From NCBI GenBank assembly GCA_021737325.1, contig JAIPED010000001.1:206-64205 (forward strand): a DNA stretch of 64,000 nucleotides. Direction: 5' to 3'. A program made the translations under genes and the position numbers. The stretch comes from Deltaproteobacteria bacterium (GTDB taxonomy: Bacteria > Desulfobacterota > Syntrophia > Syntrophales > JAIPED01). Under the pieces are notes generated by a model. That model had not been told where the DNA came from. It saw only the letters and a list, made by a program, of their open reading frames with translations, and did no database searches. Within the stretch, counting starts at the first letter, position 1; each line of letters opens with the position of its first letter. Of the stretch, positions 56,458 to 64,000 are shown one piece after another.

Positions 56458-57297
56458 CCAATGTTCAATTTTTCCTTCCACGAAGTTTATAAATGCAGAA
56501 CAGACAACCAGCATAAACTTTGCATCATTAAAGTCAGTCTTTTCTAGCTCGGTCATGGCGTGACGAATACCACCCTCATCAGATGTATATCCATACAAAC
56601 TACTGAATGCGGTCTTTAAAGCAGGATGTAAGCCAATATCCGTTTCAAGCTTTTTTATTAGCTGTCCAAGCGTGCCCTTTTCTTGACCTGTGGTTATTGC
56701 AACAAAACTTTCAACTGCTGATATAGATTCTTTTATTGAATTTCTATAATCCGGCGATCCGCGATCCGAGAGCAATTCAAGTGCGCGTCGCAGATGGGTT
56801 CTAACAGGGCCAGCACTTTTCTCTAGTGCGAGCTCTATTTCTGCCACTTCATGCTGTTCAGTTATGCGTGTAATGGTTCCGTCAACGAAGCGGTAAGCAG
56901 ACATCTCTTTTTCAAGAAGAGCATTACAGCTTTTGGTGAATTTTTCAGGAAATTGATATTTGTTAAAATTGTTAGCAACAAACTCAATAAAGTCGTAAGC
57001 TTCATACCATTCACAGTCGAAAAAGTAGCGCCTCAATTGTTCTAGTACTTTTGTCCAATTGTTGCCCAGTTGGTCAAGTGGTTCCTTAAAATAATCAAGC
57101 CAAAGCCGTTTACACAATAATTGATGATCTTGATTGCTACTCAGGTAATGGCCATAAACATGCCTCGAAAAGTGAACATGATCCCAAACATGCAACTTGA
57201 GCAAGCTCCATAAGCCATTGCGCAAAGGCCCATCCATTGATTCAATTTGGATGATTTCCCGAATTGGTTTATAACCATACCGTTCAGAAAAACTCAC
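56452..57297 (-). CDS. AbiJ-NTD4 / HEPN(AbiJ)-like abortive-infection protein
   Basis: N-terminus MSFSERYGYKP..IQIESMDGPLRNGLWS (AbiJ N-terminal domain 4 pattern). C-terminus ...DYRNSIKESISAVESF...LYGYTSDEGGIRHA (HEPN_AbiJ pattern). GTG start with an AAGGAG RBS. Confidence 0.7.
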   Translation of the reverse strand: MSFSERYGYKPIREIIQIESMDGPLRNGLWSLLKLHVWDHVHFSRHVYGHYLSSNQDHQLLCKRLWLDYFKEPLDQLGNNWTKVLEQLRRYFFDCEWYEAYDFIEFVANNFNKYQFPEKFTKSCNALLEKEMSAYRFVDGTITRITEQHEVAEIELALEKSAGPVRTHLRRALELLSDRGSPDYRNSIKESISAVESFVAITTGQEKGTLGQLIKKLETDIGLHPALKTAFSSLYGYTSDEGGIRHAMTELEKTDFNDAKFMLVVCSAFINFVEGKIEHWG

Positions 57298-57390
57298 TCT
57301 TTCTCCTTATGGCCAATCTCGGCGGTAAGCGGTCCCGCGTAGCGGGAGTCCGTCTTGGCTGCATGGTTCTTCGCCCGAGCAGAGCGAGGG

Positions 57391-57454
57391 GAATAACACT
57401 TGAGTTCAGCGGCGTGCGGCTTTTTACGCAGGCCGGTGGAATGATGGGTTGGGC
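57391..57454 (-). mobile_element. attC-type recombination site
   Basis: Minus strand: GCCCAAC-CCATCATTCCACCGGC-CTGCG-TAAAAAGC-CGCAC-GCCGCTGAACTCAAGT-GTTATTC. R'' fits RYYYAAC. R' starts with GTT but its purine positions are poor. The L'/R' arm CTGAACTCAAGTGTTA resembles class-1 aadA-type attC (...CTTAACTCAAGCGTTAG) as I remember it. Confidence 0.6.
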
Positions 57455-57475
57455 GGCATTTGCAAATAATGGTGT

Positions 57476-58051
57476 TCACTTGACAAAAAACTCCTCCGCC
57501 TGCGCTAAGAACTGTTGGTAGAACTGCGCCCCAGCCTCTGCTACTGACACGACGTTCATGGGATCGACGGGACTGCCCAAGTGAGTTGTTGGAATAGGGT
57601 AAGTGCGACCGCGATTCACCACAGGCAAGAGCGTAGTTCTGGCGGGAAGAAAATCCACTCTTATCTTCTGCGGCGACTTAATTGAGATGCGCCCGTTGTT
57701 TATTTCCATGCGCTCGATGTAAAGGCTGTTTCCCTCTGCGGCATTGATTCCAATGCCCCCTGGTTCCCGCCCAACAATTTCATTGACTGTGTGTTCGTCC
57801 GCACCACGCACGTTTACGAGGTATGCGAGTAATGGGTCGGTCTTTCTAGGGCCCTCAAACCTGCCTTTCCAGCCATTCCACTTCGGGCTCTTTCCGAATT
57901 GGCTGAACGCCTTGTTCCAAACACGTTCCAGGCGTCCAAGAAACTCTTTCCAGTTCTCTTCAAATTCGTCCAGCGCTTTCGCACTGCGCATTGCGTCAAT
58001 CGCAACGCGGGCCTTCGCGAGTTCAATGTGCGGCTGTTCGGAATGCTGCAT
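57476..58051 (-). CDS. uncharacterised protein with helical N-domain carrying an Rx4H (HEPN-like) motif and a beta-rich C-domain
   Basis: 191 aa. Helix-rich residues 1-100 end in DPLLAYLVNVRGADEHT (R82-x4-H87). GC-richer than the neighbouring genes and followed by an attC-type site. Confidence 0.6.
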   Translation of the reverse strand: MQHSEQPHIELAKARVAIDAMRSAKALDEFEENWKEFLGRLERVWNKAFSQFGKSPKWNGWKGRFEGPRKTDPLLAYLVNVRGADEHTVNEIVGREPGGIGINAAEGNSLYIERMEINNGRISIKSPQKIRVDFLPARTTLLPVVNRGRTYPIPTTHLGSPVDPMNVVSVAEAGAQFYQQFLAQAEEFFVK

Positions 58052-58163
58052 GGCCTACGACGCCCGATCTCGGCTGGCACCACTGGCGTGGGCGGCAGTC
58101 CGCCTTCGTGTGCATGCCATGGTCAGCCACCTTTTAGAATCTCAAAGGATACTAAGTCAGAAT

Positions 58164-58838
58164 TTAATTTTGCTGATCTCGCATTGTACATATAATACTA
58201 TCCATTACCCCTGTGATTTGAACAGCTACTTGTTGCCAAGCAATGAGTGCAGCCTTATCTCCAGAAGCATAACCCCACATATTGTATTCTCTATGCTCAG
58301 CCGCTAAGGGTATTGTAAATTTAATTGGCTTATCACCTCTATAGTCTTGAAGCTCAATGTCGACCCAAGCTGCACCATTCCACCAACCCTCTCCTGAGAT
58401 TGATCCAGCTAATACAGATTGCTGACCAGAAAAACTTCCAACAACAGAGCCCCATGACCCTGTTGCGCTAACTTGAGCTGAGCTAATTGCATTTGAGAAA
58501 GCTGTTGTTGATATTAAACGATTTCCAAAAGAAGACCCAAGCGTAACTATCCGAATCCTGACTGCAACACGGCCGGGTTTTATCATTTTGAAATAATCAT
58601 ACCATTCGATTGAAGAACCATAGATCCGTTTCAAATCTGCTTGTAGTTGTGATGCAGCATCACTAGGTTCTTTAGTGGCTCTCCCATCAAAAACAGCTAT
58701 TAGAATTGGTAATTTTAATTCAAGACCTACTCTTTCAGAATCTGAAAGTGTAGGAGATATGTGACGCTCTGCTACGCATCCACTGCATAAAGTTAGAAGA
58801 ATCGTAAATGACATAATTAGCAGATGTTTGTTTTTCAC
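58164..58838 (-). CDS. lipoprotein of unknown function
   Basis: GTG start with a GGAGG RBS. Signal peptide MKNKHLLIMSFTILLTLCSGC with a lipobox-like CSG|C. No family recognised. Confidence 0.7.
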   Translation of the reverse strand: MKNKHLLIMSFTILLTLCSGCVAERHISPTLSDSERVGLELKLPILIAVFDGRATKEPSDAASQLQADLKRIYGSSIEWYDYFKMIKPGRVAVRIRIVTLGSSFGNRLISTTAFSNAISSAQVSATGSWGSVVGSFSGQQSVLAGSISGEGWWNGAAWVDIELQDYRGDKPIKFTIPLAAEHREYNMWGYASGDKAALIAWQQVAVQITGVMDSIICTMRDQQN

Positions 58839-58930
58839 TAATTTCCTCCAGCTAACCAGTTATATTATCTGAACGATTTTCGTTAGAAGTATCAAAGGGG
58901 GCTTGGCATGTCAAAAATGAAATGCTGTTA

Positions 58931-59010
58931 CAGCCAAGATAAAATGTCCCATTTGCTGAATGGTTGGCTGGGAATTTTTATAAAGCTACTCCGCCATGCT
59001 TATGCTTCCT
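58931..59010. repeat. direct repeat DR1 (~80 nt) with palindromic core
   Basis: cagccaagataaaatgtcccatttgctgaatggttggctgggaatttttataaagctactc... matches 60171-60257. Core hairpin cagccaa...ttggctg with an inner ccatt-tgctg-aatgg. Confidence 0.85.
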
Positions 59011-59064
59011 TACCAAAAATTCTCACAAACTCGCCCTCAATAGCCAACCCGCTCCGAGGCGTTA

Positions 59065-59445
59065 TCAACTCATTTTAGTATTTTTTAGACGAAGGGAAAC
59101 ATGGAAAAGGATTACACATACTAACATTGCCGTTAGTAAAAGTAGAAAGGCAAGGATTAGAAAAGCCGCCGCAAACACTAAGCGCAGGTTAACACCCAAG
59201 GGGTATAGCAACAGCCAGACGAAGATAATGCCAGCAACCAATTCGGTGCTGAATAATAGCCATACAACAGCTGCATGAGCTTTACCTGCTAACCGCGAAA
59301 TAAAACTTCCTATGTAACCAGGGAAATAACGATTCTTGGTGCTTTCTACTAGCCTGGGGAACAGTGCTATGGATACGGAAAAAACCCCCGCCCCGAGAAT
59401 CAGCATGGGAGTAACATAGGCGATGATATTCGTTTCGTTCAACAC
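59065..59445 (-). CDS. small polytopic membrane protein (3-4 TM), unknown function
   Basis: 126 aa. Hydrophobic segments IIAYVTPMLILGAGVFSVSIALF, AAVVWLLFSTELVAGIIFVWLLLY and LRLVFAAAFLILAFLLLLTAMLVCVILF. The GTG start overlaps the upstream gene by 7 nt. Confidence 0.65.
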   Translation of the reverse strand: MLNETNIIAYVTPMLILGAGVFSVSIALFPRLVESTKNRYFPGYIGSFISRLAGKAHAAVVWLLFSTELVAGIIFVWLLLYPLGVNLRLVFAAAFLILAFLLLLTAMLVCVILFHVSLRLKNTKMS

Positions 59446-60023
59446 GCTACCTCAGAATCGCTGGCATGGTCATACAATGGTAAACCACTGACATTATTTA
59501 TATCTATTCTCTCTGCGTCCGTCCGCAACCTTTCAAATTCTTCCTTAAAAACCCGTTGGAATCTTTTTGTTGCTTTTTCGGTGCATTGCACCATTTCATA
59601 GGTGCTCTCCACATCGTGCTCAGATTCAATCATGACATTATCTGCCATCAAAATGCCATGTTCTGGTGGTCTGCTGTGTTGATGGCGAAAAACTGTTAAC
59701 CTTTCGGGATACTGGGAGAGAAGCTCCTCTAACTGTCCTCTCTGCTCTTTCGCCCAAATTTTATCGCCAAACAGCAGGGTGAGGGAACGACAATTATTGT
59801 CGGCAAGCGACACCTTGAGAAACTCCAGACATTTGCATTCTCCGTAGATACAAAGGACATGGTATGGCTCTTTCCGCTTTGCCTGCCTTTCCCGCCATTC
59901 TTTCTGTACCTCCCGCACGGGGTTTTCCTCTTTTTTAGCAGGAATATTGGGCACAAAAAATACATAACCCACACCCCAAATCTTAGTTCGCTTAAAAGCA
60001 GATCCCATGTGAACGCTCCCCAT
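59439..60023 (-). CDS. uncharacterised soluble protein (194 aa)
   Basis: ORF with no family I recognise. Translationally coupled to the downstream membrane-protein gene. An alternative start at M6 is possible. Confidence 0.6.
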   Translation of the reverse strand: MGSVHMGSAFKRTKIWGVGYVFFVPNIPAKKEENPVREVQKEWRERQAKRKEPYHVLCIYGECKCLEFLKVSLADNNCRSLTLLFGDKIWAKEQRGQLEELLSQYPERLTVFRHQHSRPPEHGILMADNVMIESEHDVESTYEMVQCTEKATKRFQRVFKEEFERLRTDAERIDINNVSGLPLYDHASDSEVAC

Positions 60024-60170
60024 CTATGCGTTGCTCGCAACTTGTCGTTTCCAATGCGATTATCAAACACTTCCCAACAACCACAGGGCGGAGGTGCTAC
60101 TCTCGGGATATTTTTTTGTCAAGGACGCATAGAACAGTTATGCTGCAGCTAAGTCAAAATGCCCTTATTT

Positions 60171-60257
60171 CTGCCAAGGTAAATTGTTCCGTTTGCTGAA
60201 TGGTTGGCTGGGGATTTTCATAAAGCTACTCTGTAATTCTTATGCCGCTGCTTCCTC
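60171..60257. repeat. direct repeat DR2 (~87 nt)
   Basis: ctgccaaggtaaattgttccgtttgctgaatggttggctggggattttcataaagctactc... lies 1240 nt from DR1. A partial extra copy of the left sub-element is at 60141-60165. Confidence 0.85.
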
Positions 60258-60511
60258 GTCCCCTTGGTGCGACATTCCTCTTTTTATAGCTTCCGCAAGG
60301 GTGATAACGGGGGAGCAAATTGTTCGGCTGGATAAAATTTTCAGACTGTTTGTGATCCCTGGACAAATGCCTTCTCTAAGGACAAAATATCCCTACAGAC
60401 ACGGATGTAAACCCGCAGCAACAAAGCCCCGCAGTTGCCTCTACCCATGTGGGCATTGACTTAATTCCCCCGTTCCTATAGCCGCGCCCAAAATAAGGGA
60501 GAAAAACAGGA

Positions 60512-61594
60512 ATGCTGGATAAGCTAAAAGCGATCGTAAAAAGATTTGAGGAAATAGAAGAGCAACTTGCTTCACCCGAAATTATAGCCAAACAAAGTGT
60601 TTATCAAAAGCTCGGCAAGGAGCATTCCAACCTCACGCCACTTGTTACCAGCGTTCGTAGTATGTTCGCGGTAAAAGAAGAGCTGGAAAACCTCGACACA
60701 CTGATGCGCTCCGAAGAGGCGGGGTTTCGTGAACTCGCTCGGGAAGAAATGACAAAGCTACGGGAGGAATTATCCCTTCTAGAGGAAACGATAAAGGTTC
60801 TGTTGTTACCGAAGGATCCCAACGATGAAAAAAATGTCTTATTGGAAATTCGCGCTGGCACGGGTGGCGAAGAAGCATCGCTCTTTGCCAGCGACCTTTT
60901 CCGCATGTACTCGCGCTATGCTGAACGCAATTCTTGGAAGATTGAATTGCTAAGCCATACCGCTTCATCAGTGCCTGGCGGGATAAAGGAAGTAATTGCG
61001 GAGATTGCAGGATCGGGCGCCTATAGCAAATTGAAATTTGAAAGTGGTGTGCATCGCGTACAGCGGGTTCCGGCAACGGAAGCCCAGGGGCGAATACACA
61101 CATCTGCCGTAACCGTCGCCATTCTTCCTGAAGCCGAAGAAATTGATGTTAGCATTGAGCCTAACGAACTGCGCATTGATGTCTTCCATGCCAGCGGCCA
61201 TGGAGGACAATCAGTCAATACTACCGATTCGGCGGTTCGCATTACCCACTTACCCACGGGCATGATTGTTTCCTGCCAGGATGAAAAATCCCAGTTGAAA
61301 AATAAGAACAAGGCGATGAAGGTTTTGCGTTCACGGCTGCTGGATATCAAAACCCAAGAGCAAAACGCCAAGATTGCCAGCGAAAGAAAAAGTCAGGTGG
61401 GAAGCGGTGATCGTAGCGAGCGCATTCGTACCTACAACTTCCCCCAGGGGCGCATGACCGACCATCGCATTACCCTTACTTTATACTCTTTGGACAAGTT
61501 TTTGGATGGTGAGATTCAAGAAGTGATTGATGCGCTTACCGCCCATTTTCAGGCGGAATTGATCAAGCAAAATAGCGACAACATCGCCTCATAA
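60512..61594 (+). CDS. prfA: peptide chain release factor 1
   Basis: PAT-region [17 protein letters not shown] motif [11 protein letters not shown]. Confidence 0.95.
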   Translation: MLDKLKAIVKRFEEIEEQLASPEIIAKQSVYQKLGKEHSNLTPLVTSVRSMFAVKEELENLDTLMRSEEAGFRELAREEMTKLREELSLLEETIKVLLLPKDPNDEKNVLLEIRAGTGGEEASLFASDLFRMYSRYAERNSWKIELLSHTASSVPGGIKEVIAEIAGSGAYSKLKFESGVHRVQRVPATEAQGRIHTSAVTVAILPEAEEIDVSIEPNELRIDVFHASGHGGQSVNTTDSAVRITHLPTGMIVSCQDEKSQLKNKNKAMKVLRSRLLDIKTQEQNAKIASERKSQVGSGDRSERIRTYNFPQGRMTDHRITLTLYSLDKFLDGEIQEVIDALTAHFQAELIKQNSDNIAS

Positions 61595-61647
61595 GCGGAA
61601 ATGATAAGTAATGGCGAGAAGTTATTGCTACTGAAGAGCGATGAACA

Positions 61648-62574
61648 ATGACGAGCGTTGGGGAAACCATACAGCAAGCAACCGCGAAACTTTCCGCGGC
61701 GGGGATTCTAACGGCAAGGTTAGACGCGGAGGTTTTACTGGCGTTTCTTTGGAAATGTTCACGCACACAAATAATAGCGGGCCATGAAAAATTGTTATCC
61801 CCTGCCGATCAACAGGCCTTCATTGCGCTGATCTCCCGCAGGATAGAAGGAGAGCCTGTTGCCTATATTACCGCGCAAAAAGAGTTTTGGGGGATTCCCT
61901 TAAAGGTTAGTCGCAGTGTTTTAATCCCCCGTCCCGATACGGAGATCCTCGTGGAAACTGTTAGCAAAATTGCCACAAACATAGTGGGTGCTGACACCAA
62001 AACTACCGCCGAAAGAACGACGGCAAGCGGCGGCGTTAATGGTGCCACCTCGCATCGCCTCGTTGCCGCAAGAGGCGGCATAACCATTTTAGAACTAGGC
62101 ACAGGCTCAGGAGCCGTGGCATGTGCACTTGCAAGCGAGGGGTATCGTGTTACAGCAACGGACATCTCTGTTGACGCTCTCACACTCGCCCAGGAAAACG
62201 CTCGGCGCTTAAAACAGGACATCACTTTTGTTTTAAGTGATTTATTCGCCAACATTGCTTCGCGGTTTCATATTATTGTTGCCAACCTCCCCTACATTAC
62301 CGATAACGAGTACGAAGACTTACCCATATCTGTTAGGTATTACGAACCCTCACTGGCGCTTCGTGGAGGAAAAGATGGCTTGGAAGTGATCCGCCGCGTT
62401 GTTGCCGAGGCGCAGAATTTTTTACTGCCCGAAGGCTGGCTCGTTTTGGAGATCGGCTCGCGGCAAAACGAGGAAATTGGGAAAATGTTTATCACAAATG
62501 GTTATCAGCTAACGGAAATAATTGGCGACCTTGCTGGTTTGCCGCGAGTGGCGTTAGGCAGAGCACCTTTATAA
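61648..62574 (+). CDS. prmC: release-factor glutamine N5-methyltransferase
   Basis: LIPRPDTEILVE, ELGTGSGAVA, and the NLPY variant of NPPY. Contains a T/G/A-rich ~20-aa insert before the SAM motif. Confidence 0.88.
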   Translation: MTSVGETIQQATAKLSAAGILTARLDAEVLLAFLWKCSRTQIIAGHEKLLSPADQQAFIALISRRIEGEPVAYITAQKEFWGIPLKVSRSVLIPRPDTEILVETVSKIATNIVGADTKTTAERTTASGGVNGATSHRLVAARGGITILELGTGSGAVACALASEGYRVTATDISVDALTLAQENARRLKQDITFVLSDLFANIASRFHIIVANLPYITDNEYEDLPISVRYYEPSLALRGGKDGLEVIRRVVAEAQNFLLPEGWLVLEIGSRQNEEIGKMFITNGYQLTEIIGDLAGLPRVALGRAPL

Positions 62575-62595
62575 TACAGCACGGGAAGGATAAAA

Positions 62596-63849
62596 ATGGA
62601 TAAAATCGTCATTAGGGGAGGAAGGCCGTTAAAAGGAGAAGTCGTCGTTAGCGGCGCGAAAAACGCCGCTCTGCCCGTGTTGATCTCCGCTTTGCTCACC
62701 GATCGTGAATGTCGCTACCTCAATGTTCCGCAGTTGGTGGATACCCAGACAACACTAGGGTTACTTACAGAAATGGGGAGCACTATCGTTGCCGATAAGG
62801 AAGGCATTGCCATACAGATAGCTGAACTTTCCTCCCCTGTCGCTCCCTATGACTTGGTGCGCAGGATGCGCGCTTCTATCTTAGTGTTAGGCCCCTTGGT
62901 GGCGAGGGTTGGCAGGGCGAAGGTCTCCCTGCCAGGCGGATGCGCAATTGGAGCACGACCCGTTAACCTGCACATTAACGCCCTGCGGAAGATGGGGGCA
63001 CAGGTGGATATTGAAGACGGCTATATCGTCGCCAGCGCTAAAAGGCTACAAGGGGCCAAGATTTACTTTGATACCGTAACGGTAACGGGCACAGAGAACA
63101 TCATGATGGCGGCAACACTGGCACAGGGCACCACGGAATTGCAAAATGCCGCTCGCGAGCCTGAGGTGGTTTCACTTGCAGAAACGCTAATTGCAATGGG
63201 GGCCAAGATACAGGGTGCGGGGACAAGCACCATCGTTGTTGAGGGAGTGGGGCGCCTAGAGGGCACCACAGCAACAATTATGTCGGATCGCATTGAGGCC
63301 GGCACCTTGATGATCGCTGCGGCGATAACCAACGGTGATGTAGTCGTTAAGAATTGCAACCCAGAGCATCTCTTGTCGTTAAGTGAATTGCTTCAGCAGG
63401 CAGGTTGCGTGTTGGAAAAGATGGATAACGCCATACGAGTTCAAGGTGTTACGAGACCAGAAGCTCTTGATATTGTTACTAGCCCCTATCCTGGATTTGC
63501 CACCGATTTACAAGCGCAGATGATGGCCTTTATGTCCCTTGCCAAAGGCACGACACTGATAGCGGAAACGGTATTTGAAAATCGCTTTATGCATGTTGGC
63601 GAGCTATGCCGGATGGGAGCCAATATTAAGATAGATGGCCACACGGCAAAAATTGTCGGTGTTAAATCCTTGCAGGGCGCCCCCGTCATGGCGACCGATC
63701 TGCGCGCATCGGCATCTTTGGTATTGGCGGGTTTACGAGCAACGGGGAAAACCGAAATTTCCCGCATCTATCATCTTGACCGCGGCTACGAAGCGATGGA
63801 AAAGAAATTCGCCCTGCTAGGAGCCGATATTAGGCGGGTCAAAGGATAA
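62596..63849 (+). CDS. murA: UDP-N-acetylglucosamine 1-carboxyvinyltransferase
   Basis: [10 protein letters not shown], active-site loop [12 protein letters not shown]. 417 aa. Confidence 0.95.
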   Translation: MDKIVIRGGRPLKGEVVVSGAKNAALPVLISALLTDRECRYLNVPQLVDTQTTLGLLTEMGSTIVADKEGIAIQIAELSSPVAPYDLVRRMRASILVLGPLVARVGRAKVSLPGGCAIGARPVNLHINALRKMGAQVDIEDGYIVASAKRLQGAKIYFDTVTVTGTENIMMAATLAQGTTELQNAAREPEVVSLAETLIAMGAKIQGAGTSTIVVEGVGRLEGTTATIMSDRIEAGTLMIAAAITNGDVVVKNCNPEHLLSLSELLQQAGCVLEKMDNAIRVQGVTRPEALDIVTSPYPGFATDLQAQMMAFMSLAKGTTLIAETVFENRFMHVGELCRMGANIKIDGHTAKIVGVKSLQGAPVMATDLRASASLVLAGLRATGKTEISRIYHLDRGYEAMEKKFALLGADIRRVKG

Positions 63850-63866
63850 CGGGAGGAAAACGGGAT

Positions 63867-64000
63867 TTGGAAATACGGATATTAAAAACAACCGAGCAAG
63901 ACTTCGCCCAAAAATGGAGCACCATCAAGAAACGCGGGGGAGTTTTTAACGATGATGTTTTGCAGAGCGTTGGGGAAATTCTCCATCTGGTAAAAACGCA
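63867..64000 (+). CDS. hisD: histidinol dehydrogenase, 5' partial
   Basis: TTG start 9 nt after GGGAGGA. LEIRILKTTEQDFAQKWSTIKKRGGVFNDDVLQSVGEILHLVKT fits the HisD N-terminal pattern. Runs off the window. Confidence 0.55.
   Translation, partial: MEIRILKTTEQDFAQKWSTIKKRGGVFNDDVLQSVGEILHLVKT

Noticed and set aside
57294-57479. 61-aa ORF (MNTIICKCRPTHHSTGL...) between the Rx4H gene and the AbiJ-like gene
   Set aside because: It spans the attC-type palindrome and the leader of the next cassette. It has no RBS and no recognisable fold, so it is better explained as a non-coding recombination site.
58931-58970. DR1/DR2 palindromic core (AGCCAAC...CTTGGCT on the minus strand) as canonical attC sites
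   Set aside because: The R''/R'-like boxes are only 38 nt apart, well below known attC lengths. The invariant G of GTT is C in both copies. The sites are kept as unexplained repeats rather than called attC.
59439-60023. Degenerate PLD/HKD-like motif (HGILMADNVMIESEH) in the 194-aa protein
   Set aside because: The motif lacks the Lys and the GSxN part, and the spacing is off by one. The resemblance is too weak to assign a fold.
60302-60328. GCCGAAC-13 nt-GTTATCA (minus strand) at the upstream end of the island, as an attI or attC remnant
   Set aside because: It is too short, shows almost no palindromic pairing, and has no integrase gene nearby, so the evidence is insufficient.

Overview
64-kb chromosomal window from a diderm, probably anaerobic bacterium. 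Supporting genes are LolA-like, KpsF, MtgA, a glycyl-radical enzyme, a two-gene SUF-like Fe-S system and a short-form ThiC. The taxon cannot be assigned by eye and GC is roughly 50% by inspection. I support about 60 protein genes and saw no rRNA, tRNA or CRISPR array. Most of the window is housekeeping: ECF transporter, SufC/SufBD, ccdA/tlpA, fmt, a thiC-thiD-TPK-tatD operon, rnhA, mtgA, yggS, maf, a GlpD/alkyl-DHAP-synthase-like pair, a cell-wall hydrolase pair, a glycyl-radical-enzyme operon, kpsF, a CPA2 antiporter, the metG-PSP1-holB-tmk operon, panCD, queC, biotin carboxylase, comM/yifB, ilvE, lolA-like, argC, SIR2, tauE-family, prfA-prmC-murA and the 5' end of hisD. The clear accessory region is ~55.8-60.3 kb, between the tauE-family gene and prfA. 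It holds six minus-strand ORFs of mosaic composition. Two intergenic gaps there contain 60-64-nt imperfect palindromes with the architecture of integron attC sites, and no integrase is present in the window (CALIN-like cassette array). One complete ~1-kb cassette carries an AbiJ-NTD4/HEPN-like gene. The neighbouring GC-richer cassette carries an uncharacterised 191-aa protein with an Rx4H motif. Further upstream lie an uncharacterised soluble-plus-4TM gene pair bracketed by ~85-nt direct repeats, and a lipoprotein gene preceded by the same repeat. These unknown genes are the best candidates for an undescribed defence or toxin module. Other notable structure: a MITE family with AAGAC...GTCTT terminal inverted repeats, two copies of which have perfect 5-bp target-site duplications; a repeat graveyard next to a truncated HlyD gene; an uncharacterised C-x-E-class glycyl radical enzyme operon; and highly repetitive Sel1 and TPR genes.
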